A DNA stretch of 64,000 nt from Psammoneis japonica (taxonomy: Eukaryota). The stretch's first letter is position 1, and each line of letters opens with the position of its first letter. The position numbers and the translations under genes are program-made. Of this stretch, positions 63,134 to 64,000 are shown piece by piece. Below the pieces are notes generated by a model, which did no database searches, was not told where the DNA came from, and saw only the letters and a program-made list of their open reading frames with translations. The DNA is taken from positions 62,001 through 126,000 of the forward strand of contig QPGO01000109.1 in NCBI GenBank assembly GCA_008632985.1, in the 5' to 3' direction.

Positions 63134-64000
63134 GATGCAATTGAAACTTCCAGGCCCTGGGCACATGACACAGAGTCATTCTGTGCCAGGAAACACTTTC
63201 GTTTTCCCACAAAAAATGTCTCTAAAAATTGACACTGCTTTGCCGTTGCGAGATTGGATCCATTCAATTCAAATTGTTGATCCAAAAAATGCTGCAGTTA
63301 GACTTTCACCCTGGCGAGAGCCACAAAATGCACAAAATGTGAGCATTGTTGGTTTTCCATCCTTTAAAACAATGTCTTGCAAGAACAGAACAGGCATGCA
63401 TTGTTCATGGTGCCAGGTGTTTGAACACGAAACTGGCTTTACATGCGGAGCACCTTTGTCGCACGAGAAAGCACAAGGGGTGGTGCAATTTTTAGTGACA
63501 GCTCTGCAACTGATGGAGTTGGGCCCAGATTGAGACACCTGAACAGTGCAATGGTGACAAGATGCAAACACAGTCACCAGCACAGACAGTCTTCATTGAT
63601 TTCAAAAGCATCAAGTGGATTCACACAGGAGTTTCAACGTCTGCAGAAATTTGCATTCAAACATCCATGCCTTTGCATCCAACAGAAACATTGTTGGAAG
63701 CAACATCCTTGTAGACTTGCATGCTTTCAGACTCATTGGACAATGAGAAGGATGGTGCAGTCAATGCCGGACGATTCTTTGGAGGACCAGGGAAGGAACA
63801 TGACCCCATGCGATTTTGAAAAGAATTCTCCTTGCCGTCAGGATGGGTGTTCTCCTTCTCCTGCATGCCATTTTCATCAGAATGCACGGGCTCTTCATCA
63901 TGTCCTCCATCATGTCCATGGGAGCTGCGATGATCATGGGAGGAGGAGCTGGGAGGTTGGTGTTGGTTGCAGTGGCAATTGTCTTTGCAGCCACTGGAAG

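Noticed and set aside
22260..64000. Many overlapping Cys/His-rich ORFs in repeat tracts
   Set aside because: By-product of TpA loss, which removes TAA/TAG stops and enriches TGY/CAY codons.

Overview
Eukaryotic nuclear DNA, most likely from a diatom: there is an AF-AP bipartite plastid-targeting presequence, CoDi-like Ty1/Copia elements, a multi-HA-domain protein and short GT-AG introns. Gene islands (~10.8-22.2 kb, 25.7-27.2 kb, 29.6-35.4 kb, 50.6-52.2 kb) alternate with nested transposon tracts. These tracts hold two Copia elements with LTRs and TSDs, a non-autonomous Copia derivative carrying a 42-bp coding minisatellite, five copies of a ~390-bp MITE, three copies of a ~445-bp TRIM with an internal tRNA-like Pol III promoter, and several DNA-transposase remnants. 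The strongest signal is that the repeat tracts, but not the genes, have lost most TpA dinucleotides through strand-symmetric TpA->TpG/CpA transitions, alongside CpG decay. Conserved Tyr codons become Cys or His, and TAA/TAG stops disappear. This looks like a repeat-targeted A:T->G:C hypermutation process running opposite to fungal RIP. Other notable items are a bacterial-type agarase-like glycoside hydrolase embedded between repeat tracts, an FAD-oxidoreductase/BioY fusion, and a DUF4157-like surface metallopeptidase. Several genes carry single-base deletions in short homopolymers, probably assembly errors.
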